A stretch of DNA of 64,000 nt from Ascidiella aspersa (Eukaryota), in assembly GCA_963924565.1 (NCBI GenBank), contig OZ004613.1:31310001-31374000 (forward strand). The letters run 5' to 3'. The stretch's first letter is position 1, and each line of letters opens with the position of its first letter. Below are positions 14,501-27,709 of this stretch, one piece after another. A model generated the notes under the pieces. It saw only the letters and a list, made by a program, of their open reading frames with translations. It was not told where the DNA came from and ran no database searches. The position numbers and the translations under genes were made by a program.

Positions 14501-17500
14501 CTGGATCCATTTAACGAGGGCTCTGGTATTTTCGTGGCGGTTTGAACGCAGCTTTTGTGCTGATATCTGCTGCTGCTTTACCTTCTGCTGCTGCTGCTGT
14601 TTTTTATGAGATGGCGGTTGTTTTTGGGTGGCCCAATTTACGACTTAATAGTTTCGCTGGAAATTCGGATCTGAGCGGATTCGAAGTGAAGCAAATTGCT
14701 TTTGGTAAATAATCTCACGTTAAGTTGCTTTCATTAAAGAAACAAACGCTTTCCTGCATACATATTATCCAAAAACATTAAACTCCATTTTTTAGTAGTT
14801 TGACCTAATCTTAAATGTAGATTTTGTAAAATTGCTTGAAATTACTACGAAAATAGCCAAATAATAAAATTGCAACACCTCGATTATTCTATTTTTTTTT
14901 TAAATTCCCTTTATGTGCGTATTTTTTCCACACTCTAGATGCCTAAAAGCCGACTATTATATAAGTAAAAAATTGGCAAAATAGTCACAAATAATATTAC
15001 CATGATTAGTTTTTTTCATATATAGTTTCTTAATACGGGGCTGTGCATTAATTTAGATTCTTCACTTACGTGATTTAAATTATTTTTTTTAAATATGTAG
15101 TTGTGTGCTTGTTCGAACTTTACATTAGAAACCACAAACCCGGCAGTAGCCTTTTCATAATTATCTTGTTCGCTTAATTCCCAAGTCATTAGGTTTCTGA
15201 AACCTAACCCGAGTCGCCACGAAGCTCAAAAACTACTGAAGCAGCTACTTCCATCCCATAAACACTTGTGCAACTTGGTTAATGCTAGAAAGCTGTAAAT
15301 GCTTGCTTATATCATATAGTTTTTGCGCCTACATTAGGTAATAACGTAAATGTCATAAAATATGCAAACTGAATGTGTAAAAAAGGAACTTTTAATTTCT
15401 ACCACCTGATTTACGTGTTTACATTATTTTGTATTCGTATTTCAGAGACGGATGATGCCGTGATTGGCGAAATATATTTCTCTTTTATAAACTAGAACCT
15501 ATAGCGACTGATTTTGACTGAGACAAAAAAGTCTAAAGTATATTGTCATAAAATACTCTGACACTTTTTTATTTGATCAACTACCGAGATACAACCAAAT
15601 ATTAACATGAAGTTGCTTAAAATGGAGAAATGTGTTGTTAAAATATTCAGTTTGTCTCATGCAATTATTTCTGTGATATAAACATAATTTTTGTGGCAGT
15701 TCAACATTTTTAAGCTTTTGTTTGAAAGTTTTATTAGCATGTGTGTTCACCAAAACATCTTTTCAAGACAGAAAACACCCAGCAGCACTGAACATGATTT
15801 TTTTTATAGTAAATGCAGACACTAGTTCGTCAAACGCGCTCAAACACGGGTTTCAAAAAGTAACTTAACCTCCCCCTTTTACAAACACAATACTTAAGCA
15901 TGGGCAGGTTTAAAGACGAATAATTTTGTGGAGGTTAAATGATATAAAAGTGTTTTCTGTAAAATGTATCAATGGATTCCTTTACCTAAATTTCTACTGA
16001 AACAAGTAAAATAATGCACAAGCTGCAATAAGAAGTTGTATTTTTTTCAAGACTAAACCACAAACAATTTTTCGGCGAATACTTGAAAAAAATTCTATGG
16101 ATGTTAAAAAATTTCTAAACCATGGAAGAGTCATTGTAAGAATGACAACCCAACAAATCACAAAAAATGGATGGAGAGATGACAGTTTCCCAGTCCGAAC
16201 CACAAACCACATTTCTTAACTTTTTCTCACATAGAAGCTTCTCATTGTTGTTCGCTTCCAGACTCCTTTGTCCATCGCGTCGGCCCACAAGTAACCCGAC
16301 CCCCCGAACCCCATTTACGGCGCAACCGAACACCCCCCGCTCCCCAACGTTCCACCAAAAGCGCGCGCGACTCTGTTTGTTGCCAAACCGCGGCCGACAA
16401 TGGCGGCGTGTGACGTCACAATGCAAAAGCGCGACCCTAACACGGAGGGGCGGGCTGCTTCGATTTGGAGTAAACCGATTTGCTGTTAATCGCCTGTTGT
16501 GAGTAAACTATGGCCGATTATTGCGTCACAATTGCGTGGAAGCTGCTAAAAGTTGCTGGAAGTTTGTGTGAAATGATATTTACAAAAACAAACAATTATT
16601 TTATCACTTCGATCGTTATTTTAAACGACGTTGTATAGATTTTTAATCGCTTTATGTAAACGATATGTGTTCTGTCATCGTTGGTCAGTACGAATTAGGG
16701 ATTGCCAGATCACGGATAAAGATACGTGTATTTTAAAGTGATAGGTTGGCTTCTCATTGTTCTCTTTATGTGCATTACACCGTTTACGACTTTTACAAAC
16801 CAATAGTTTTGTCCTACGTTAAAACAAAAGCTTCCTTGTAGTTAAATTGTTAGTTGTTTTTCAAACCCAATGTAAAGGAATTTCCCCATTTTAAACAAAA
16901 TGCAAAAATTCTTAAAATAGTGCTATTTGCTGCCTCCCACAACATTCCCAACCTTCGCCCAGTTATAAAACTTAATTCAGACTTCTACTTGCGTACTGTG
17001 TAAACCGCTAAGACGTCAGATGGCGCAATGCATCAAATTTACGACCTAAATTAGTTGGGAGAAAGATTTAATGTTCGACGTTTCGCTGCAAATATCGCCA
17101 TTAAATGCCAAACAAAATATTCAATTTAAACTTTAATTATAATCTGTCAGTTCTTGGGTAAACAGGAGTTTGACAACTGGTTATGGGTTGGACTCTTACT
17201 TAGTTTCAATCAAACTGAGTGTTTAATGAATGATGTACGGATTATTCTGAGTAAAGTTTAACAAACTGATGTTATGTTTGCCACAAAGGCCGTGTTCCGC
17301 CCTATTAAAGCACCAATCCCTCATAACCTTAAACAGGGGCGAATCGTTACTCTTAAAACCCGAAGTCCCTGTGTAAACCTTACCCTACTACCACTTTATT
17401 CCACCGTTATCTGAATATCCAAGGTTGTGTTTCGGCAACTTAAAGAAGTGTGTTAATGATAACATTGCATTTATTGTAAAGTATATTAGCGTTAATGACG

Positions 17501-20500
17501 CAAATGTTTAGCATTTTTTCCTTTAAACTTAGGGGGGCTCAGCAACCTTTATTTATCCCGGAACACCACCCCTAAGTTTTCGCGCCACCCGCTTTACAAT
17601 CCCAAGCGCAAAGTCAAATCCGCTCAACACGTGGTTCCCACTTTGACCTTGACATTATAATTCGACCTTGAAGAATGGCGCAAAGCCACTAAAGCGTGAC
17701 CTCGTGTGAACGCCCTTAAACCTTGCACCATTCGTGATATAATGTGGCAATTAGAACAAACCAGTCTATTTCGTCATAAAGGCCAACGCGCGGTTGACGT
17801 CACATTCAACAAGCCGTGACGTCACGCCCGAATAGTAGTGCCAATTAAGTCAACCGTGACCGCAAGTCGGAATGATTATAGAGCGAGTTATCTCTTTCCG
17901 TGAAGTTTTTAACTGAGTGGAAACCTGCTCTCGTGCGACATCTAGTAATACATTTGCTGCCCAAATAAGGCGAATTAGGAACTTGCGTGTTAAAGCCTAT
18001 TTTGGAAGCTGCTTTCCAATAATATTTTACGACATTAGGATTTAAATAAACTATTCATGTTTGTTTAAGAAACCATTTTTCCATCTTACCATTTGAACTT
18101 ACCTAATTGCAATTTTCATTAAAACTAATGTTTCACAAAAAGCAATTTTATTTTACAAGCAAACTTTTTAACAGGGCTTTTAATTTGCACGACTTACAGT
18201 TCATGACAATTTCTACCGCTCTCCTTCGAAAATTAGACTATTAATAGCTTTAAACAAAATCCAATAAATGTACCCTTTTAACTTTTTCAACAACATCGAT
18301 ATAACTTTTAAACGTAAGTTCAAAAGATATGACTTTTAATTTACCTCTTTCCAGCTACCTTCTAATTTAACCACAGTTGGTTGCCATTTATTTTCCGCTA
18401 GATGATGCTGCGGAGCATGTTTCGTTCGATGCGTAATCGGATTCGTCACAATTAATTATTACGCCACAATGGCACATCTCGTTATGATGTCATAAACCAT
18501 GGTGGAATACTTATGTCGTCGTTAACCGACTATGCATATGCCGGTTAACAACTGGGTGGTAATAAATGCATTGGAATGTGAAATTGAGTTTAAGTTTTTA
18601 TTGCCTGAAGTGAGTTTACTAAAAGGTCAGAAAAGTTCGGTTTCGGGGGAAATTGGAGCAAAATAAATTCGATTTCTTCTCGATCGATTTATGTCACTGT
18701 CATGAACCTTTTCATAAAGGTTGGAGAGTTGTTCCTCGTCGTTTATTACTTTGACCTTAATAATAACGAACTTTACTTTTTGAAATATTTTATTTAAAGC
18801 ACAAAGTTATATTACAAAAAAAAATATGACACAAATAAAATACTTCTGATTGAGCTTCAAGAAAATAAATATTTATTTTAATTATACTTTTTTAAGTTTG
18901 CGCAAAAAATAGCACAAATAGAATTAGAATATACTTTGGTGCAATGGCTGGAGATTGTAGTTGGACGCTGTAAGAATGTGAAAGCCCATACAGAAGTAGG
19001 TAACATATGTTAAAAATGACTTAAGAGATATTGCAAACGTTGAAAAAGCAAACTACTTCTATATGCGCTTTTATATTCTTACTACGAATTCGAATATATT
19101 TTATTAAATTGAATTTCGTTGTGGCTCTACAACCCAGGATCCCGTCGAAAATTCGCTTCCTGTGTTCTGTTCACAATCGACTAAACCAACTCTTCCGTCC
19201 ACCAGCGATGGTTGATTTTGGCGGAACATCAGCAAACCTTCCAACAATGACTTCCACAGTCCCAGGGCTGCTTGAAATAACAGCAGGTCGGATCCCACAG
19301 AAATCAAGAAGCTCACAAAACCTGGAAGCTAGAATTCCAATTTAAACTGCTGGGAAAGTTGAACTAAAGAACCCACATCCTCAACTTTCAGCTTTTTGGG
19401 GTCAGCTTTCGAGATTTCTTTACAACTGGGGTTGATTTGTCAAAGGGCTTATGGAAGTATTGAATTTTAATCAAGTAAAGTTTAAATAAAATTGTTCATC
19501 TTAGGAAGACATGCTCATAAAATTGTTTTTTAAATCTGAGATATAACATTATAAAAAACTAAAAAATATATTTTAAAAACTCATGAATTGTTGTTTCTAA
19601 TGGCTTAAATCACGAAAAATAAAATTGCAGTAAATTATTTAACACAAGCTACATTTCATTATTGTTTTAAATGTAAAACAACCAAACCTTATGAACCACC
19701 TTTATTGTTTTTAAAGACAACAAAGGCAATAACGGTTAAAATGAGTTTATGATAAAAACACGAAAATCAATTAACACCCTTTGTTATTGATTCTAGAATG
19801 ACTCTTTTTAAATCGCGTTCACACTTTCTTCGTCGTTATGTCGGTTAAATATTCCGTAGAACACAACAATCCAATATTCCGGGTTTCCGGCGAAAAAACA
19901 CGTTTAAATATTCGACTCTGTGACGTAACAGAGGGGTCGCGGAGTGAGCTTCGGTAAACAATGGCTTAGACAATGGAGCGCGATGAAACGCGCGCGACAA
20001 GCAGACGTGACTGGCAGCAACTTGCAATTCGAGAATATCGCGATTAATTGTTACGTCACGTTCCACAAATATTGAAGCAGGTTTTAAAGGAAACCGACCA
20101 ATGAGAATCAGACGCTGCTGGTTCTAGAACGAGATAAGGAACGAATCAATTATTGCGTCATAATCATGTTGCAAGTCACGTGATGTGTGCTCATGTCTTG
20201 TTAAATCGCGAGAAGTTGTTTGTTACATCACAAATCATGTTTACAATCCATTAGCCCACCCAGTCAACGAACCTTAGGCTAATGTTTAAGCAGACTTTCT
20301 TATCGTGGATTCTGATTCGCTCGCTTTTCAAATTAACAGAAAATAAATCACCGTATAAGTTCTGTCTAACTTTTTGTGATACAGGTGCCTTGATTATTTT
20401 ATCTTTTGGTCACATTCTGATATAAACTGCTGCTTTTTAGGAATATATCCGCGCAAATTACCAAATAAATGACGTTTTCTAACAATAATTTGCATAAAAT

Positions 20501-23500
20501 ATCGTCGTTTAGAATTTAGAATTATTGAAGCGTTTCTAAAAAATATTTATGTGTACGTAAAAAGGCGTGTGTCTTTATTCAAATTTAGCCTAGGTTGTTG
20601 AACAACAGCAGGTTTCATCCATTGTCGGCCTTTTCTAAAAGGTGTTGTTCCGTCACACCCGGTATTGTTTCGTCACAGATAACATTTTTCCAGATGTTTG
20701 ATTCAATCAAGAGCGAAGCAATTCAGTGTGTCGGTTTAATCCTTCCGCAAAGTTCTAAACGCGCAAGTACTTTGCCATGAAAGGAATTCGCTGCGCCGTG
20801 AAATCGATTTTTTTTTCAGTTTCAATTTCTCAGGTAATTTTATTGCGCGGTCATGCGTGACGCGATCTGACGTTGCGGCTCAATCAACCAATGAGCGCTC
20901 GCCACGCTTCGTTGCGCATAAAGGGGTAAGATTGAATTAAGTTGATCCTCGTTCCACAAAGGTGCTGATTTGGGGCTTTTGTGGGGCCGGGGCTGCCAAT
21001 CTAACCCCTATTACCCCCCATTACCTGAGGTTTATTACATAGTTGCGCTAGGCCCCACGTATAATGACATTTTATCAATATCCTGCCCAACCTAGATAAA
21101 TGATTTTAAGATGGAACGCATTAGAATGAATATTTGATGAACTGTTGTGCAATATTTCGCGTATTTTAGCAAAATATAAACACGTGTGTCGACCATAAAA
21201 ATACTATTTTTAAATGATATGAGTTTTCTTTTTAGAAAGCAATTCGTGTCCGATGTATTTGTCGAACCCTTTTGATTTTAACAAAACATTTACACAAAAC
21301 TGTTTCTTGTGTTTAAGTAAATATATTCTTACTATTAATTGCTACAATCACATCTATGACGTGACAATGACTACTGTTTTATTTAGAACGTTCAAACAAT
21401 GCCACCAGATAAGGTTTGAATATAAAGTGTGTTCTTTCATCATAGAGGGTTAAAATCTTCCATTATATTTCGATAACCTTGTCGGAATTTTTCGCCCTTT
21501 AAAACCAAATCAATTTTTTCCGCGGCTGTCTGCGCGATATTCATCCGCGGATTCGATGCCACCGCGAAGATGCTCATCATTAAAACGAAGTCGAACAAGA
21601 CGCGCAAGCTAAACCACAATACTCTCTGTTGCGTAACAATGGATTGCAGCAATTTGAACGACCTAACTAGCCCTTTGACTAAAAAACGTAAAAAAACTAT
21701 AATCAGCAAACGATGATTCGCTCTTCTGGCGAAAACGAAATAATTTGCGGTTTTATCTGTTGGATGTTTCTGGTGGAGAAAATTCTATTTACACGCAGGA
21801 AATCTACGGCTTTTTATTGCAACATATGTTGTGTACTGGAATGTAGCCCTTTGTTGTATTAAAAACGATTATTACAAAATCGCAAGGTTTGTAGAAAGTG
21901 TGCCACAATAATTCTGAAAAATATTCCCTTTTTAACATGAGGTTTTTATTGAAACTTGGAGTTTACCGTTTGTAATGAAGGTAATATTTGTGAGTGGGTG
22001 TAATAACTGCGATGTCAATCATACGTAGAAGTGCTACTGGATGTTCCACGCACGCTTACATGCTTACACACATATACACCTGAACAAGTGTGCCTCATTA
22101 CATACTTGCACCACCCACTAACCACTTGTTCCTTCCACACATTACACACTTTGACGTAATTTAAATGACGTAAGCTAAAAGCACCCTCGAAAAATCTGCA
22201 CTGAACTTCATATATGGCGAAGTAAATGTGTAGAATATCGCCTTACCCTTAATGTAAATGACGACAATGACTTCTAATTAAAGAAAATACACTTAAATCA
22301 AAATCAGATTTAAAAAATAAAAAAATATGTATGGCCACAAAATAAGACAAGATCGTTCTCTTAAAGCATTCATTTCATTGGCGACTTGTCAAAATAACGT
22401 TACAATCGTTTTTTATACGCTATGAATCCAGGTTGATTTGTTTTGTTTTACTTCGGCAACTTTTAGAGAACTTACAACGCCGCTTTTGGTCAATCTAGTT
22501 TTAAAAAGTGGTAAAATATTGCATTTTTGGCAATTTTTAAGTATTTAGATAGGCAACCATTACTTTATAACTCTCTTCTGTGCGTAGAAAGCTTAAATTA
22601 CGCGAACATATGAACTACAAACTCGCCATTAATTCCTTCACAACCTAATTTGGACGCGCGCCCTTCACACTACCCACTGTTTACGTAGCACCACGCACCG
22701 CAAAACTTCCCACTTAGCATTTACATACAATTAAAAAACTTAACACACCAAAAAAATTAAAGTTTAAACAAATCCCTTTGCTTTCAGGTGCTTCCCCGAA
22801 CCAGCGAGGAACGCTTAACTAATGTCGCGAGGAATTTGTCGAAGTTTTCGTTTCCAGACAACCTTATGTGGGCGTTTGCCATGCTTGATTGAAATGTCTG
22901 AAGCTTTCTCACCAAGCGAGCAAAGTTCCCAACAGTGTGAGCTCCGTACCACTCGCTACCCGCCCCGCGCTAATGAAATCTTCTAATACAAAGTGACAGC
23001 TGACCATTTGAGCTTGTCTGTGTCGCTATTTGTTCGATAAACTAATACTGGAATATTAATTTCCAATTCCCAAGGGTGAAATGAACCTGTTGTGCGTTCA
23101 AACCTGCTTTAGCCACTCTAGTGCAATGCTTTTTAAATTTAACCTTTGAATATATATTTTTACTTCGCGTGGGCCAGTGTCGGCATGAAATCGTTAAGAT
23201 ATGACGTCATGGCGTTAAAAAACAAGTGGCCTTAACTAGCTGTGTCTTCGGTTGAATTTCCAAGTTTAGAAACCTGCTCTCTTATACTTTACCTTGTGTA
23301 CTATTATACTAGATATTTTTGTGGATTGTAAACGTTTTTGTTGTATTTAGTAAGGTTGCTGATAAAATCGATTATTATGGTTTCAGTATATTTATTCAAA
23401 TTATTAGGAAAAATAATATTAAGTTACGTTTACCATTTGGCGCAAACCAAGATAGCGCTGTTTCAAACATCGCCCCATTGCTTCACTTCGACCCGTGGTT

Positions 23501-26500
23501 TAAATGCGTTTGCCTTAAAAGCTGTTCACTTTTATGCAAGTAGGTTTAAAGTGCATTGCACCCAAACTTTCATCAACTGTCAATTTCTCTGAAACGCTTC
23601 AATTCAGCTTCCAAATAAAAGCGCCGTGTTTAGAAAGAAAATAAATATTTCGCCCAAACAGCATTAATATTTTATGCGCGTATAAAATTGCCAACTGCGC
23701 GGACCTTGCAATGAAGGTTGCTGGTGCAAGTTTGCCTTCAAATGCGGCGGTGAAAGTACAACCGCTATTCGGCGAATATGCTTCACTTGCTGAAACTCAA
23801 AACTACCAACTTGCAGTTTTTATCAAATGAATGATGGATGTTGGTCTGGTAATCTGCTTAGTTCGATATTACTTTGCTTGCTGTGGACTTGACAGCTTTG
23901 CAAAGATTGATTTAGGTGAGATAGCGCTGTGTGTAAGTTGCAGCAAATTGTGGTCGGCTAATTGCAAAGTGTTGATTCCAATCTTGGGCTTGTTGTAGTG
24001 AACCGAGTGAGCTGATATTTGTTGTACTTTTAGCGGGATTAGCTTTTGTTTGAGAAGAACCTCGCGCCAAGTTTGGTGAGACGAGCTGAACTTGCTGTTT
24101 GTTGTTGAGGTTAAGGGAAGCGAAATAAGATCAAAGCAGGTGAAGTTTAGCGTGACCTGTGTGTGATCTTTCAAGCAACTCCACTAACACAACTGACACA
24201 TTAGCAAATATGGGCCTAAGGACATTATAAGAGACGTATTTATAAATATAATAAAGTTAAGTTAAGGTTGTTGGATTCAAAAGAAATACAAATGTTTGAA
24301 AGATCTAAAACAACTTTATTTAAATAGCAGAATACTATAGTTACGCCAAAACGGCATACTACTTCAGCAGAAATGATGAAGTCATTTTTGCGAAACTATA
24401 TTATTCTGCTCATATTAAATAAAGTTGTTTTAGATCATTTTCAAACCTTTGTGGCTATTTGTATTTTACGATACTGTTAAAGATAACAACCAGCAGTGTT
24501 GGAACAGGCTTAGAATCAAATATAAACAAACAAAAATGTTTAACCAACTTAATATTGTTGGCATTTGAGGTGCGAGAATTGTGGCAAGATTGTTTTTACA
24601 TTTCTTGTTAATTATTGATGTGACCTTGAGGTCTTGGCTCGACCATTCCGTGAATTGGAAAAGCTGATGTGACAATATCTAGAAGCATCTGATGGGGGTG
24701 AGCCGGTTGCACTTAAACAACCTGTTTATTTGCTGGTGGAGAGAAAGTAGCGGTAGTTTGTTGTTGGAATACTTAGGCTGGGGTTGGTAATTAGGATTAG
24801 TCAAACTGCAGGAAGGAATAGCTCAGTAAAGGCACTTTGTTGGTCTTTTGTTAATTTCAAGGCAGGCGTATTTAGAATGAATGCCTTGTAAATTATTCGC
24901 TAGAACAATGGTTTAAGGTCGTATTTAGGCGTAGAATAAATTGAGGTTTAAGTATATTTTTTTAGGGTTTTGAGAACAAATTTGTAATATTGATGGCTGG
25001 AAGGTTGTAGGGGAATATATATTAAAAAACGACATTGGTTATACTTTGTATTTCAATTCCGCTCAACCCGTATTTCAACGTTTATTGACAGCCATTGGTA
25101 AAGAGTATAAGCACTCGCTACATATTTCCAAAATAGTTGGAATATTATTATTAGAAGTATTTAAACTAGATCTTATTATAAAACTTAAGCGTTTTATAAA
25201 TACATTATATTACTTACGCTAAAAAATATATGTAGAAGGCGCCTAATGTCTTTACAATACCGAAAACTATTCCATTTGCAGTACGCATTAAAACCGTTCT
25301 AAATGCAACTAAATTTAGCCAATTCAAACGCTCTTTCATCTCCCATCCCAGCTGTATGCGCGACAGATTTATACTTTCATGTTTACACACACTCGAATGC
25401 AGAGCGCAGTGAAAGGCTGACCGCTGGTCACTCTCTGCGTATTTACTCTCCCTGGCATTTCACCGTCTCGCAGTTTGACCGATCTGCAAATCTTCCCGTT
25501 CCACAACTTGTCTCACACTTCTAATTCGCGTTAAGCACCAAAACACAACCGCCAACCACACAATGCTGTTATTAGACAGAAACTTTAGGTTTGAAAACGT
25601 CTGCTGACCCCAGTTTTATGCTAAGAAACATAAAATATGTTTTAAACAAAGTATAAATCTGGCAACTATGTGTCATGTGAGTGTTTTTGGTTTAGCAGAA
25701 TTTTAGTTATGCCATTTTAATACCACAAACCATATTACGTGAAAGGTGGGTCTTATTTAAACCTATTGATTAGTCTTGCAAATAAGTTTCCATTTTCAAA
25801 CTTATTTAAAACTTAACAGTCCTAAATTATGTCTATGGTTTTTTCACATCTGTTTGCAATTTCATAAATATATGAGCAATAATACGCGGTATACCGACGT
25901 AACATTAAAAAAGAATCAATAATTTATTATTTAAAATGAATCACTATTTTAATATTTTTAACTTTGTTACACCAAAATATCTTCAGGGCATTTTATTAGC
26001 ATCGGTGCTTGTCTACTTATAGAGCATTCGATATATTCCCGGTCGCAATGAGATTTTAACTCTGCTATTTTCGTTCGTCCCAACATTTAATCGATGATCG
26101 TCCATTTGTATTCTGTTCGTCACCTTAGATACGTTGTGACGTCATAAAGCCTATTGATCGACGCTTCTTTTAATCTGTTTGGGGGATTACAGCAACATTT
26201 GAAGTTGGGGGAGGTTTTTGGGGGGTATTAAAAGATTATTTAGAAACTTCAAACCTCTCCAACTCATGGTTGGTATTATGACGTGTTAAGTGCATTACTG
26301 CACATCTACTTATGACGTAATAATATTTCCTTCGGCAATTTGTTTCAAGTTCTTGCGCAAACTTACAAATTCTTTCATGTTCAAAAGTGATTGTCTAGAC
26401 TCCAAATCCATTGTTTCCCAACAATCTGTTACTTGAAACAACTCGATTGTTACATCACAACCTTCCTGGCACCTGCACCGAGAGACAATGGACAATTGCT

Positions 26501-27669
26501 TTTATCGATTCGATTCCATTGTCATTGTGACGTCGTAATTAGACGTCGCGCGCTGCAGCTTTGAACAGAAGGCCGCGATATGTTTGTCCTCTGTAGCGCG
26601 ATGTCAGCAAGAAAAAGCGTTTAAGCAACAAAATGCATTGTTACCTGACAAACTAAGACAAACGACAGCGAAGTTAAGTGGAATCAATTCTCGAATGCAT
26701 TTTATAAAGAGTGAATGTGTAGTGTGACGTAACAAAGTAGACGTCGAGCGTCGGCTTTTACTCGGTCGGGAAATTTTCGTCCCATTTTTTGTGCGATTGT
26801 TTGCATTGTGGAAAGGTGATACGTCACAGAGAAAAGCGCGCGCGCGAGAAAAAAGCGAAAAGTGCGGGGGGATTGTCTCAGGCTTTTAGCTCCTGTCATC
26901 GATTCTAGCTCCAGTGCTGAGTGAAGCAGCGGTAGATGGTCGAGTATTAACCTCACAAGCTTAGCAAGATACTTCGATGTTTGTCGAGAGTTTATTCCAT
27001 TGTTAGAGAACAATGCTTTATATCCGTTATCGCTGCAGGTCGATGCAGAACGCGATCCGAGGATTTGTTGGGTTTGATTTCCCAGCAGGCTCAGGTCACG
27101 TGTGCATGTTGATTCTGACACCTTTGTCCGTCAACAATCGATATTGTGATGTGACGCTTTTACGCGATCGCACTTGTTCAGTGGTTTATGAGTTGCAGGT
27201 AATCATGTTCAGGTTAGATCTGTTTTGTTCAGTTCATGAGATGTTTGTTGTGGCTTATGAAAGCGATTTTACATTGTAACCATTGCTTTAACCCTTGTGG
27301 TAAAATATAAGTAGAATTGTCAGTTTAAGGTGAATGCCTGGTATTCAACATTTTTCCACTAATATTTTAACGAGGAAAACATCGTTTAATTGATAAATAT
27401 TATTTGTCGTTCTTTTTTACAGGTTACGTGGAGAATTATTATAAAGATTTTCTCAGTTTGTATTCTATTATGTTTAGAAAAACATAAATCACTGTTTCGG
27501 TTGTTCGATTATTTTGGCGAGAGAAAAACGTTGTTGTCAGACTTAAATATTGCAACAGTTGGGCTGTTAAACAGGAACTTAGCTGCAAAGTGAAAAGGGA
27601 GGACTTATAATAACTTTACCAGTTGGTAAACCCTAGCATTGACATCGACTTACTAGCTCACAGGAACAT

Positions 27670-27703
27670 TTTATCTTATCTTATATTTTTGATTTATCTA
27701 CAG
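27670..27703 (+). other. 3' splice (or trans-splice) acceptor upstream of the FLRT-B start codon
   Basis: ttatcttatatttttgatttatctacAG, with AG at 27702-27703, 6 nt before the ATG at 27710. Confidence 0.7.
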
Positions 27704-27709
27704 ACGACA

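Noticed and set aside
14565-14600. Short (CTG)n tract as a polyQ/polyA exon
   Set aside because: Few units, with no flanking ORF or convincing splice context.
26702-27121. 139-aa minus ORF (and the 139-aa ORF at 51562-51981)
   Set aside because: No recognisable motifs; they lie in promoter-like CpG islands where stop codons are rarer.
27325-27340. ggtgaatgcc resembling the 3' end of miR-124
   Set aside because: The seed and a hairpin are absent.
1800-27600. Exons of a MACROD-like host gene, as for vertebrate FLRT1/3
   Set aside because: No macro-domain-like exon was found by eye; very small exons cannot be excluded without a TBLASTN search.
27623-27709. 29-aa N-terminal extension of FLRT-B in the ORF track
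   Set aside because: It begins at a TTG and spans a pyrimidine tract and acceptor AG; the signal peptide begins at Met 27710.
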